A stretch of DNA of 64,000 nucleotides. It comes from Octopus vulgaris. Its lineage: Eukaryota. The notes under the pieces are model-generated. The model had not been told where the DNA came from. It saw only the letters and a list, made by a program, of their open reading frames with translations, and ran no database searches. Made by a program: the position numbers and the translations under genes. Location: positions 3,100,001 through 3,164,000 of the forward strand of contig OX597824.1 of assembly GCA_951406725.2 (NCBI GenBank), in the 5' to 3' direction. Below, piece by piece: positions 38,861-51,945 of the stretch; position 1 is the stretch's first letter, and the number at the start of each line of letters is the position of its first letter.

Positions 38861-41003
38861 TTCTTAATAAAAAGAAGAAAAACAATTAGTGCATTATTTT
38901 GTAGATTAATTATGAAGTTTCATGTTAATTAGCATTATTTGTGATGAAAGTGTCAATCCAGTTCACTCAGTAAGAGAAGAAATTATAAATCGACATAAAA
39001 TCTATGTATTGGGTCGCACCTCGGCGTGACAATGTTCGAAGATGTTCTTCACAACACAAATGTTGCTGGTAGTATCAGATTTTCGGATTATTTTTTTCTA
39101 TTTCTCAGCTTTAATTCATTTTATTTATTACATATATGTGACAAATATAAGAAACCTGAAAACAAAACCGAATTAAAGATGTTTGTTGTTATCACAATCT
39201 TTTGAAAATTTAGAAAAACATTAGTTTTAAGATTTAATCTATATACATTTATTTATTTATTTGATTACTTGATCGCGAAAGTGATATATTAAATTTCACA
39301 GCTGATGAAAGCCCCTAAGCTATCTTATACACTGAAAAAGTCGGATATCTGACAAAAGAATGGCAACGTAAACTAATTGATTTATTCCCACGGTAAATCC
39401 AAACTTTATTCTGCTTTGCTACGATCTTTTATTTCGTTATAGAATATACTAAACCATTAAAAGACTAAATGCCATAGTTTTCCTTGTGTTTATTCGTATG
39501 AAGAATTGATTACTTGCTTCAATACTCACCCGTGTTTCTCAGAAATAACCAAAATGCCGAGAAATGTAGATATCTTTCACATGATTCATTTTATAACTGC
39601 ATACATCTTAAGGTTATTTGCCATGCTGTTAGCTTTGCATTTCCTAGGACAGTGTAGCAGTCATGACGGGCCCCGTCTGAGATAATTTATTTCAGTTGGG
39701 TATCTTTTCTGTCACCAACCTTTCCTCTTGCCCCTTACAACACGATAAATATCATATATCTAATCTAAAACTGAGATATATACAGTCATATTATTATTAG
39801 TAATTTTTTTTTCCTTTTTGTAATGTAAAATATATGTTTGTGATTGGTGTCTGCGATCTGTGTTTATATTTTGCTCTGTTTGAGTTTTGCTTATGTAAAT
39901 ATTATCAAGAGGAATTCTGAAGAGTATGTACAGTGTCCGGGTTGAACACCTTGTATTGTCCACTCCCGTTTTCTTAGTGGGTCTTCTGTGTTGTGCTCTT
40001 GAAAGTAATATGGAAAGCAGGTGAATCAGTTGAAGTTGTAATAATAGATACAAACTAATTTATAAATCAATATTGATCATTATTAGCTTTCCGTATTTGA
40101 TTTGCTATTAATATTGGGAATTTCAGGGGGTTTTTTTTGTAGAATGTTCTCGGTGTTGGCGAATGGTTTCCTTTAAATCAGTTCGCATTCCGTTTTATTA
40201 TGATTTTAATAACGTAGTCATCAATTTCCTAATTAGTTTATTTCATTTGCCGCAATCCACGAGGATCTTGTGAATTCTTGTTGAGTGTGAGGTTTGATAG
40301 GTTTGTTGCGTTTCGGTTCATATTGTTTTACGGCTTGATCTTTTGGTTCATTAGCATAAACTTGTCGATTAGCATTTGTTTCATTTTTAGATTTATTTAT
40401 CAAATTCCTGTTTGTGAAGGAGATCTTCATGCTTTTCTAAGTAAGGACTTTACCATTGATATTTTGTATTTGCGCCATTATTCCTTTTCTCCATATAAAT
40501 ATATGCATTTATTTGTCTTTAGTATCAACGGATATAAGGTATCTATTATTTTCTATTTAAAAAATCCATGTCTCGATAACTTATTTCTATTGTTCTGAAC
40601 GCTGAATTTCAGAACGGAATTGCCTTCTAGATTTTCCTTTAATCTCTCAACGCCCTCTTCTACGTCCGTTATGACAGGCATTTCGTCCATCACAGCCCTG
40701 CAATATATAGTCAAGCTGTATCTTGCTACTGCTTCCTTCTCTATTGAAGCCTTATAAAACGGCGCACATTTCGGTTATTACTTACAACCCGTAGACACTT
40801 CATTCTTTTGTCTATATAATTTATTTTGTATATTACAAAAAGGTATTTTTGTTGCTCAGGACAACTAAATTTCTTCGGTATGTGAGCGAGTACCTCGGGT
40901 GTTTTTTTTATTATTCTCCGGGTGTTAATATACATCACTTACTATGGTTTCAATTGTTAATGTGATATTGTTAAATAAGAATCTTACGCCCATGCTGGAG
41001 ATG

Positions 41004-41445
41004 CTGCTTAGTTTCAAGATTTTGCAGGAATATTTAGGATTCCTCTATACTGCTTAGCTTTAGTGTTCGATGTTATCTAATTGTTTAGCGACTCTAGAAT
41101 TAATTTCGTGTATTTATTTGAGATATTAAAGGCAAAAAGGGGTTGTTTTGTTTAGGCATTTTTATTGTTCGACAGATAAGCGATGGACTAAACTCTCTTC
41201 CAATGCAGAGAAAATAAGAGGCTTCAACTTGTGCGTTTATCGTCATAATTAGTTTAGTTTCAATTTAATTGCGTTGTACTATTTTCTTGAATCCATATAA
41301 ATTTGTATTTTCTCGTTGAATACATTGTTTTGTTTTTGTTTTGTTTTTACAATTTATTCTTCTTTTTCCTTGGTTTCAAATATTTTGTTTTGGATTCAGT
41401 CATTAGTTTGCCTTTTTTAAGTCACGGAGATGTTGAATATTTGTT
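41004..41445 (+). repeat. 442-bp direct repeat, copy 1
   Basis: About 9 substitutions and no indels versus 43854-44295 by manual comparison; the duplicated ORF MYFLVEYIVLFLFCFYNLF.. appears twice in the track. Confidence 0.95.
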
Positions 41446-41499
41446 TATTGTTGTATCGACTCTATTAGATTCGCCTTTTCGGAGTAAGTGATGGAGCTT

Positions 41500-41687
41500 A
41501 TTCTTGTTTCCGGTTTTGGTTACGGTCATGCTGGAGTGCAGCCTTGTAGAGTTGTCCCTCCAATACGTTACTGAAGTCCGGTATTTATTCTTTTGGGCTC
41601 ATTTATTAACAAGTTAAGTCACGGAGAAGTAAATAAACCAACACCTCTCGTAAAGCGTGGAGACAAAGACACAAACGCACATACAGA

Positions 41688-41723
<36 letters not shown>

Positions 41724-41915
41724 GCTGTGTATAATATGTATCTTATATATACCTAGGGCTCCCACACAATTTCTGTCTGTCAAGTCCACTGACAAGGCAT
41801 GGGTCGGCTCGGCGCTAATTAAAGACACTTTTCCGAGATGCCATGCAGTGGGATTGAACCCCACAACTACGTAATTGCGAAGCGTTCTTCTTAAGTGCAC
41901 AGCTATACCTGGCAT
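41500..41915 (-). mobile_element. Abundant tRNA-derived SINE with an internal microsatellite
   Basis: Reverse complement has a tRNA-like head, a ggcatctcggaaaagtgtc...ccgacc..gccttg core, internal (TA)n and a CR1-like tail. Degenerate relatives at about 1475-1720 plus 2565-2693, 12225-12400, 14330-14490, 30320-30470, 32280-32420, 56535-56740, 58600-58730 and 63280-63420. Confidence 0.75.
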
Positions 41916-43169
41916 TGGCTTTAAGTTGTGTTTTATTTCTAACCTCTGAGATTTTCTTAAGTTTGACAAGGTCTTTAATTTTAGAATGCTTGAGGCTTTT
42001 TGTAATTTAGGGGCCATTTCTATTATGGATGGAAATTGCTGAGGGTTGCAATTCGTATGGGCTGAGCAAATGTTAAGAAGTTTAGTTTCCTATCTAGAAA
42101 GAGTTATATTTTTTCTTTACAGAGTTTGCTTAGTTTATTTATATTGCTCTGTCTAATTCACCGTAAAAGAGATGTTTCGATATTATTAAACCCTGGATAT
42201 ATATTAGACGTGTGTGTTTGCGTTTGCTTTAAGTTTAATAAATGTTTCTTATTCACTGATTTATTGATATCTTTCTTTGACTGCACAATTTCCGCTTGCA
42301 CGCACTCTACATCCCAATACACTGTATGCTGTGTATATTTTTCTTTCTATCAATTGCTTTCGAAATCCTCTTGTACACTGTTCATATTTTACTATTTTAT
42401 TATCTAGTTTTATATTTAAAGAGAACAGCTTTTCGTTAACTCAGCATGGTTACTGTTGTACAGCTCTGAGTCATCTCTGTGATCATAAACGCCCCAACGA
42501 TGATCATCTCATCTGTTCTCAAGCACAGTATGATCAGGATTGCTCTGGGATGAAACAACAAATAGAACCACAACAGGTCACAAATTACATACTCATAGAT
42601 TTCGTGCGACTGAAAACAATAGGAGAGTCAATGTTGAAATACTTTAGATCATAAACCTGCGCAGTCAAGCCTTACTTGAGGTTAAACAACAAAATCAACA
42701 AAAGCAATTCTACTAACAGCGTCAACACGGCTCCAAGGTTCCAAACGGGAAGTAGTTGCAAAATCTGCTAGAAATAACAGCCAAATATCCTACGATTCTT
42801 AGAAGTTCTGGAACCGGTTCTTGGACTCTACATTCCCATATTTGATTAAACCAGGCGTTACTTGTACCCCCTCTCTTTTATTCACACTGTTTCGTCCTAC
42901 CACTTGCAATTGTTCCAAATAATTATTTGACCCATAAAAAATGACCACCGACATGTTGGTCACCAATAAAAACTACATAGAATCTCCTGATTCACACAAT
43001 TAAAATAAGAAAATATATTTGAACCCCCGCTTCCTGCTTCTTTGCAGTAGTCGTTTGAAAGTTTACATGATCATATTGAGAAACACTGGATTTAGCCATT
43101 GAAGCAAAAGTTTACGTCACGAAGATTTGTCTGAAGCTAAGAAGCATCGACAACAACTGTGACGCATAT

Positions 43170-43789
43170 CACTGTTTTTCTGGTTCATAAGACGCGTCTT
43201 ATAATTATGAAAATATATTTTTGAAAAAGCAAGTATTTGGCTATTTATAGATCCGGTATCAAAGATTTGTTTTGTAAAAATATTTCATTTAGAATGAAAC
43301 AGTTTTGCATTAACGAACCTTAATACATTACTACGCATGTCCAGTAGGAACGGCCCATGGGGTATGTTTACTTTCCAACTACCAGACAGGCGTCACCATA
43401 GAGTTATTGTCAAGTTCTCATTAGCTACACATCTCATTGATCTCCACTGTTTATTGTAGAGATCAGTGAGACACCCACGGATACAGAATAATCAGATAGA
43501 AAGAGAGAAGAGAAAGAAAGAAAGAAAGAAAGATTCATTAGGAGAAGAATCACATCGTTTAGTTTAAGCCCGATTCTTCATGTGAAATATGTTTTGTTGC
43601 ATTCGTTACAGACAGCTGAAGATTCCGTCTCTTAAATAAATTATCTCTCAGCACATCAATCACTGCTCACATCTAACATCCTTGTCACTGTTTGTAGGTC
43701 GTTGCTATCTTCATTGAAAATTCCATCTTCGGAGCCACCTATTACGTTACTCTTTTAACATCTTTCCATTCTTTGCCTATTATTTCTAC

Positions 43790-43857
<68 letters not shown>

Positions 43858-45200
43858 TTGGTTTCAAGATTTTGCAGGAATATTTAGGATTCCTCTATAC
43901 TACTTAGCTTTATTGTTCGATGTTATCTAATTGTTTAGCGACTCTAGAATTAATTTCGTGTATTTATTTGAGATATTAAAGGTAAAAAGGGGTTGTTTTG
44001 TTTAGGCATTTTTATTGTTCGACAGATAAGCGATGGACTAAACTCTCTTCCAATGCAGAGAAAATAAGAGGCTTCAACTTGTGCGTTTATCGTCATAATT
44101 AGTTTAGTTTCAATTTAATTGCGTTGCACTATTTTCTTGAATCCATATAAATTTGTATTTTCTCGTTGAATACATTGTTTTGTTTTTGTTTTGTTTTTAC
44201 AATTTATTCTTCTTTTTCCTTGGTTTCAAATATTTTATTTGGGATTCAGTCATTAGTTTGCTTTTTTTAAGTCACGGAGGTGTTGAATATTTGTTCCACT
44301 CTTCTCGCATAAAACATTTGAATGCTTTGCTCCGTGAAATGTCCTGTAAGTTTAACTACAAAGTTAAAACTTTAGGGATAACTGCTTGTTTACTTTTTAA
44401 CTATTCTTTTCTTCTTCTCGGCTGCTTTGTGCCCTTAGAATTGATCTCCCTTAACTAACAAGCCACTAGTATGCTATAATCAAACTTTCTCCGCCATTTT
44501 CACACTCTTCATTTATCTACCTTTTGTCATCTACAAGAAAAAGAACAACGGTTGCGATTATTTCCTTAAACAATGTTTTCTGTTTAACGATTAGTAGAAG
44601 CGGAAGCTTTGTGTTGTACTCTCTTGGTGATTTTATCTACGACAGTTTTTGTCCGATGCCACATTGAATGTTAACGGCTCTTCATCTAGATCGGCCATTT
44701 GTCAAAGTTCATGATTTGTGTTCTCCTCGACATGAATTACATTTTGATGAAACTTAAGCTTTCTTTCTTCATACACCTTAATCATTCTCGGCGCAATCCC
44801 GATCTTTACTCTTACGTTTAGTTCGCGTCTCTTCGTGAAATGGTAGCAGTAGAATGAATATCTAACCAATGTGTTTGCAGTTCTATTTTTCTTTTCTTCC
44901 AATCCTCCACTTTGCACATTATTTATTTGAAACTATATAATCTACATTTTGTCATTTTTGTGGCCATGACATTATGACTTCTTCCAGTTGTGAGAATTTT
45001 GCTTTTAATAACGAAATTCGTTTTTTTTTTCTTCGTCGTTTTTATCCTGCTTTTGTGACGCTTTCTTTTTCCAAGCTCACAAATTACTTTTGGTTGGTAC
45101 TGTTGCTCTAATGTTCAGTATTGTCAGTCATATTAAACAACTTATATCTTCTTAGCTTACATTACCATATATTCTGTACTCATTATGTTGTATAGTGGAA
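43170..45200 (-). mobile_element. pogo-family (POGK-like) DNA transposon relic, interrupted at about 43795-44295
   Basis: YCYHFTKRRELNVRVKIGIAPRM..YEERKLKFH, MADLDEEPLTFNV (GNMDEVPLTFDV), TKLPLLLIVKQKT, DQF*GH, AVIPKVLT..QDISRSKAFKCFMREEW. After the insertion it resumes SNVIGGSEDGIFNED (SNALDGTEDD). TIR-like actgtttttctggttcataagacgc near 43170. Confidence 0.8.
43854..44295 (+). repeat. 442-bp direct repeat, copy 2 (derived)
   Basis: Begins at the end of a (TC)n tract and interrupts the pogo transposase relic. Confidence 0.95.
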
Positions 45201-45522
45201 AGGTACCATAAGCTGAGTAACTAAATTAATAGCTAACAGAGGGCGTAGACTTTGTTTGTATTTCAACCAACTTACAAATGTGAGTGAGATATCGTTATTG
45301 TTGACTCACGATAAACAGAAGAAAAGAAACAATGTTCAGTCAGCGAATGCTTCTTAACAGTTACAATGAAATAATTGCAAAATTGGAAAAAAACAACTTT
45401 TGCTGCTCATAGAACTCGAATATATTTATTACAATTGTAGACTTATATTAACTTGTATCGGAGAGAGAGAAGCAGGTAAAGACACACTACTAGCAGACCA
45501 TTTAATAATATAACGCTGGATT

Positions 45523-46106
45523 GGCGGTGAGCTGGCAGAAACGTTAGCACGCCGGGCGAAATGCTTAGCCGTATTTCGTCTGCCGTTACGTTCTGTGTTC
45601 AAATTCCGCCGAGGTCGACTTTGCCTTTCATCCTTTCGGGGTCGATTAAATAAGTACCAGTTACACACTGGGGTCGATATAATCGACTTAATCCGTTTGT
45701 CTGTCCTTGTTTTTCCTCTCTGTGTTTAGCCCCTTGTGGGTAGTAAAGAAATAGGTATTTCGTCTGTCGTTACGTTCTGTGTTCAAATTCCGCCGAGGTC
45801 GTTTTTGCTTTTCCTCCTTTCTGGGTCGATAAATTAAGTACCAGTTACGCATTGGAGTCGATATCCTTGATTTAATCCGTTTGTCTGTCCTTGTTTGTCC
45901 CCTCTGTGTGTAGCCCCTTGTGGGTAGTAAAGAAATAGGTATTTCGTCTGTCGTTACGTTCTGTATTCAAATTCCGCCAAGGTCGTTTTTGCTTTTCATC
46001 CTTTCTAGGTTAAAAATTTTAAGTACCGGTTACGTACCGGGGTCGAACTAGTCCACTGCCCACCCTCCCCCAAAATTTCGGACCTTGTGCCTAGAGTAGA
46101 AACGAA
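45523..46106 (+). mobile_element. SINE with three tandem 184-bp internal units
   Basis: Head ggcggtgagctggcagaaacgttagcac; core gccgaggtcgactttgcctttcatcctttcggggtcga..aagtaccag. The unit restarts at 45571, 45755 and 45939. Confidence 0.85.
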
Positions 46107-47285
46107 TAAAACCCTGGATTATTTGGGAGAAACTTTTCTGGAAAAAATGTATCATATGTGATGGAAAATATGACTAATTAGCAATTATAAAAATAAGAAG
46201 CTCTGCGGATAATATTGGCCATATATGTTTTAGTTTAATTAGGGTAATGAGGAAATTTCACTTGACAGTTGAAGATATATAAAGTAAAATGATGAAATAT
46301 AAAAACCTCCAATTAAATATATTTTGTTATTGTATTCCAATAAATAGATTGTTGGTAATTGTATACAAACAGTATAATGGTTTGATTATTTTCAGAAATT
46401 CTGAAACAAAGGATTAAGAAGAATAATCACTTAAGAGACAGACTTGTAAATTATGAAACTAATTCAGTAGTCGATGGTTTGCTTATAGGGATGATAACAT
46501 ACAAACCTAAGTACAGTTTAAATATCTTTTCTCCCTCTACATTAATAGTTCAAAATTCACTGCAATTAACTTGGCCTTTAATTCATCTAGGATCATTAAA
46601 ATAAGTTGTGGCCATGACATGATATTGATTCAATCAGCTTTAATGGAGTTTGGAAACCTGCTGCCTTCAGTTCATATACAACTTCTCAGTCTCTTTAGGG
46701 CCTTTTTCATCACTTCCCCTTGCGGACCTTGTGTAGGGAAGTTGCTGTCTTTAGGTCACATCCAGCCTTTGAGGCCGTTTAGTGTAACCTTCTGGGAGAA
46801 AGTCTAGAAAATTACGATCACATCCCTTCCCAGCAAATGTTTGGCCTGTGCCTCCACACATAAATCTACTCTCCATGTATTGATTCCCATTTTCTGTTTA
46901 GTAATTATTCGGCAACACATCTTAATTCACAGTTTATCAACCTGCTGGGGGCGGGGTTTATTTCATTTCGAAGTTTTCTTGCTTCTAACCCTTCCAGAAT
47001 CAATATATTAAAGTACGAATTAAGTATTAGAGTTGTTGCGATCAGCTTTTACCATCAACACTAAACTTGCGACCTCTTTCTTATTTGGAAACTGTAAGGG
47101 CAGCAGAATTTCAAACTATTTAGAACATTGGGAAAATGTCTCGTTCCAAATCTTTATGCTGTTTGTTCAAATCCCGTCAAGGTTAACTTTGCGGTTCATC
47201 CTTTCAAAGTCCATAAAATATACTGTCAAGTGCTGGGGTCGATGGTTTAGACTGAGCCCTGTCACACACACATACTCACATTTAC

Positions 47286-47329
<44 letters not shown>

Positions 47330-48054
47330 TCTTCAAAGTTTGTAGTGTTCTGCTTAAATTAGAAAGTGTAGGCACTATATTGGCAGAAACGTTAGAGCAT
47401 CCGAAAGAATGCATTGTGACAGTCATTCTGGCGATTTAGATTCTTTGTTCAAAATCTTTTCGCGATTAACTTTGCCTTTCGTCCTTTCGTGGTTTCGATA
47501 AAATTCAGTGGAAACCGAGTCCAAACCAAGGACCTGAAAGAACGACTGGAACCGAAACAATAAAGAAAATGAAATAATGTATTTTTACAGAAGTCTCTTA
47601 TATTTTATTTATTTTGTTCGTTGCTAATATGAGTAAAATGTCGAAATAGAAAATACAGAAGAACTAAATTAAACAAAACAACAAAAATACAATCTAAGAT
47701 TTTAGTAACGCACAACTTATACTATGAGAGCAGAAAAGAAATTGAATTCAATCACAAAAAAAAAAAATATACCACAAAATTTAATATTTCTGAAAAAAAA
47801 ACACAATATTTTCTAGAAAATAAGATCAAAGGATTCTTAAACTAGAAAAAGAGTTCTTCAGAGTTGGAAATTCTGGTTGTGTTGTTGTTTGAGTTGCCTT
47901 ACTTATAACCCAGTCATTATCCAATTTCGTTGTCTCGTTCTAATTAGTCACTCTTATCTTTCAATAAAGAAAATGACTTTCTTTCGTTTACGTTGTTTAT
48001 TTAATATTTACTGTCGTTATTTAAATAGATGATAGCAAAACTATATATACATAC

Positions 48055-48123
<69 letters not shown>

Positions 48124-48212
48124 CGTGGTTCTTCTCTGGAGTCATGTTTTTCTAAAAGACCGATATACATACATATATATATACACGCATATATATATGC
48201 ATATATATATGC

Positions 48213-48243
<31 letters not shown>

Positions 48244-48322
48244 TATGTATACAAACATATATATATATATGTATGTATATATGTATATATATATATGTAT
48301 GCATGTGTGTGTATATATATAT

Positions 48323-48361
<39 letters not shown>

Positions 48362-48509
48362 CATACATACATACATACATACATACATAAATAGATAGAT
48401 AGATGGATAGATAGACATATATATTCCAAGTCCTGCTATATATATATATATATAGGGTATATAGCAGGATTATAATATATAGTAATATATATATAGTGAT
48501 TAAGTTGTG

Positions 48510-49215
48510 TTACCAAGATGGGAGTGCAGAAGGCTGCCTCGCTGGATACTGAGAACCTTCAGAACCAGAGAGAAGGAAACCATGCTGGTTTTCTGGAGGA
48601 CATTGTCCTCAGCCACCTGGACTGCTGCTCCCAGCTATGGTCATCCCACAGTGTAAAATTAACAGCGGACCTTGAAGCAATTCAGTGAAGCTTCACAAAG
48701 AAAGATTGTCTCATTGCAACACCCCAGCAACTGGAAAAGATTGAAGCAGCTAAGACTCTACTCTTGGAGTGAAGGAGGGAGAGATATGCAGCAATATACA
48801 TCTGGATGATCCTGGAAAGGATTGCGCCTAGTTTTGGTATTGAAAGCTACACAAATGTTTGAACTGGTCGCCACTGCACAGTGCCAAAGACCTCAACACT
48901 GTCATCACGTTCCAGGACCAGTTACTGCAACAGCCTGGGTTTCGAGGGCCCACAGTTTTTCAATATTCTTCAAAAGAGCCTGAGGTACCTACACAAAGTG
49001 GATGTAGGTGTTTTCAGCACGAAACTGGATCTCTTCTTGTCGAGAGTCCCAGACGAACCTACCTCGAGGCAGGGGGTACAAATGAGAGCAGCGACATCAA
49101 ACTCCTTTATTCCCCAGTTACCACATATCAGATGAGGCTATCAACAATAACAGTGTAGTAGAAATGCGGTGCCCCAGCGTTGCCGCAACTTTGAGCTGAA
49201 ACCGATGAAAATATA
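48510..49215 (+). mobile_element. CR1-clade LINE 3' end
   Basis: WILRTF..TMLVFWRT..LSHLDCCSQLWS, RLKQLRLYS..RRERYAAIYIW, YCNSLGFEGPQFFNILQKSLR..KLDLFLSRVPDEP, then a 3'UTR tail gcggtgccccagcgttgccgcaactttgagctgaaac. Confidence 0.9.
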
Positions 49216-50800
49216 AGAGAATATATATATTATCTAATAATACATATTTATTGAATTTTTATAATGACTTCAAAGATGTTGGCTTGATCGTCTTCGTCAG
49301 ACTAACAGTCGCTTGCAACTCTTTCTTTCTTTATATGTGTGTGTGTCTCTGTGTGTGTGTGTGTATATATATATGCATATATAAATATATATATATTTAT
49401 ATATATATATATATTATATGTTTTATATACTATATATATATATATTATATATTATATATTATATATTATCTATACATGCATATATATGTATATATATATA
49501 TATAAATAGTGTTTACATACACATACATATATGTATATATTACCTATACATGCATATATATTTATATATATATATATATATATTATATGTTCATTTTTTT
49601 GATTCTTTCAATTGTTTCAGCTTTAAGGCTGCGGTCATGCCATAAGAAGATATAATGTAACGTTGTTGTCTTTCATTATAACCGGAGATTACAGTAATTA
49701 CACGCAGACACACACGCGCACACACACCCAGACACACACGCACTCACATGCATACACTTACACATATCCTTGTCTTTGTGCCAATGGACTGATGACATAG
49801 CAATTGTTTGCCGCCCAAATCTTATGGATTCTGTCGACTTTGAAATATTCCAGAGACTGTTTTTACTTTGTTCCCTTGTTTTAGTGAATATACAAAAACT
49901 TTAATACATACGCACACACGCACACTCTTTCTCTCTCCCTCACTTTATCTCTCTCTCTTTCTCTCTCCCTCACTTTATCTCTCTCTCTCTCTCTCTCATA
50001 TACACACAGACACACAAACACACACACACATTAACATCCATACTGGCTCACACTCACTCATATACTCACAAAGAGAAACATATCCTCACAGTAACAAACT
50101 CACACATACACAACAGGAGACACACATTCACACACACACACGCACAACTGCGCACCCACATACAATCATTTTCACACTCTCACACACAAACAGATACATG
50201 CACCAATCTGTGAACACAGAAGCACACACATTAATTCAGGTATACACTCAGATACACACCTAGACAAACAAACAAGCACAAACATCCAAACAGACGCATT
50301 TGCAAACCCGCCACCCGTAAACGCATACATTCGCAAATTTGTTGATGTTTTTAAGAATATATTTATTTCTTCCCGTCTTAGTGTATTTGCTTGTGTGAGA
50401 ATATAGGGGTCAATGTGTGTGTAAATGTGTGTGTGTGTGCGTGTGTGTGGTGTTTATTAAAAGCAATGAAAACAAATTTGCATAAAGAATTTAGAATCAA
50501 ATAAGAAAAAAGTGGATTGAAAAATAATTTTAAAAATTGATTCATGAATATGGACTCGGATTAAAACTAAATAGTAATTAATTAACACCATAATTAACAC
50601 CATAATTTGTAATAAACGTTTGAGTTGAAAAAATATATTTTCAATGGTTTTCTTGAATTTTTATTCAAGTTTAAAAGTCAATTTTTTCTGTTTTACTTAC
50701 TTTACTTCATCATCACCATCGTCACCATCATCACCATCATCATTCATCATCATCATCATCATCATCATCAACAACAACAACATCAACAACAGCAACAACA

Positions 50801-51090
50801 TTCCCAGACCGGGCGTTGTGTGTGTTTATTGAACGAAAACACTTAAGGCTCCACGAGGCTCCAGCAGTGGGCGGTGGCGACCCCTGTTGTACTCTTTCGC
50901 TCCAACTTTCTCTCACTCTTTCTTCCTGTTTCTTCTCCCCGACCTCTTACACAACCGCTGAGCCTGGATGCGCATTCATCCATCCGTCGATGCTCTCGGT
51001 GTCGCGGGTTGACCTGCTTTCTCTTCTGCGGGTCTTGCGAATAGCAAAGGACCACGATTCGGACTTCTAGGACGAAGACCGCTTCGCTCA
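50801..51090 (+). mobile_element. 5'-truncated SINE related to 10904-11216, with a different 3' half
   Basis: ttcccagaccgggcgttgtgtgtgtttattgaacgaaaacac...ctttctctc is shared; the sequence then diverges to a tail ending in (CAA)n. Confidence 0.75.
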
Positions 51091-51379
51091 ACAAACAACA
51101 ACAGCAACAACATTATCATCATCGTCGTCACCGTCATCATCATCCTCACTAAGGGATTTCTTGTTGGGAGCTGCTGTCCCTAATGTTTGGTGTTCGAAAT
51201 TATCACCGGGATAGATGCCCTTCTTAATACCAACCACTTAACAAATTTTATCGAGAAAATATGGAGACGAGATGAAAATATCACACTTCGTTCAAACGAT
51301 GAGACACGTTATTGACTTGTAAACCTGTATACACTTGGTTTGTAGATTACGGTTGCAAAATGAGATAATGTTACCTTTC

Positions 51380-51945
51380 AGACAATTAAATATATACGTA
51401 CCTCTTTTTTATTTACAGATTGTACGGGATACGCATTTTGTTATGACACCGATCGGAGAGCGTTATTCGGTAACCAAAAGCATGTAGATGTTGGAGAGGC
51501 GTAGGAGAGGAGTGAATGGTAGCACAAAGGCCCGACATAGGGAAATAGAAGTGTAACTGTTGATAATATACACTAACCTAGGGTATGCACCTAAGGTTCA
51601 AGTGACCCATGGGTAAGTAAGAGATAGCAAGAGATCAAAAGGACCAGAGGGGGGATGGTGAAATAGTTAAGAGTATGATGAGAAGATTAGATGAGAAGAG
51701 GCATATCTGGGGCGGGGTTAGAAGAGGAGTGATAGGCAATAACAGAAGTGAACAAGTGTAAGGGTGGAGAATCGTATTAGAGCGTTGATGCTTGGTGGTC
51801 CAAAGGATGGAGAGTGCTGGATGATTGTAGAGCAGAACATAGCTTTAGTGTACTAAGTAAAGAATGAGGGGAGTCGAATGCGGCCTCTTATGTTCGGGTC
51901 CCAGATAAAGGTGAGGGGTTAGCGATGTGAAGTGGGTGGTGCATT
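51380..51945 (-). mobile_element. Penelope-like element 3' remnant
   Basis: Degenerate similarity to a GIY-YIG C-terminus (..HFTS.., STLHPLD), followed by a pyrimidine-rich 3' region, a decayed hammerhead-like motif and AATAAA near 51400-51450. Confidence 0.4.

Noticed and set aside
39300-39345. Hammerhead at CTGATGA..GAAA
   Set aside because: The boxes are present but no convincing stems I-III form.
39760-41000. Penelope RT relic on the minus strand
   Set aside because: Only vague motif resemblance; could not be supported by eye.
41004-44295. LTR retrotransposon or TRIM bounded by the 442-bp repeats
   Set aside because: No TG..CA pair, PBS, PPT or TSD seen; the interior is old SINE and pogo debris, and the pogo relic runs across copy 2.
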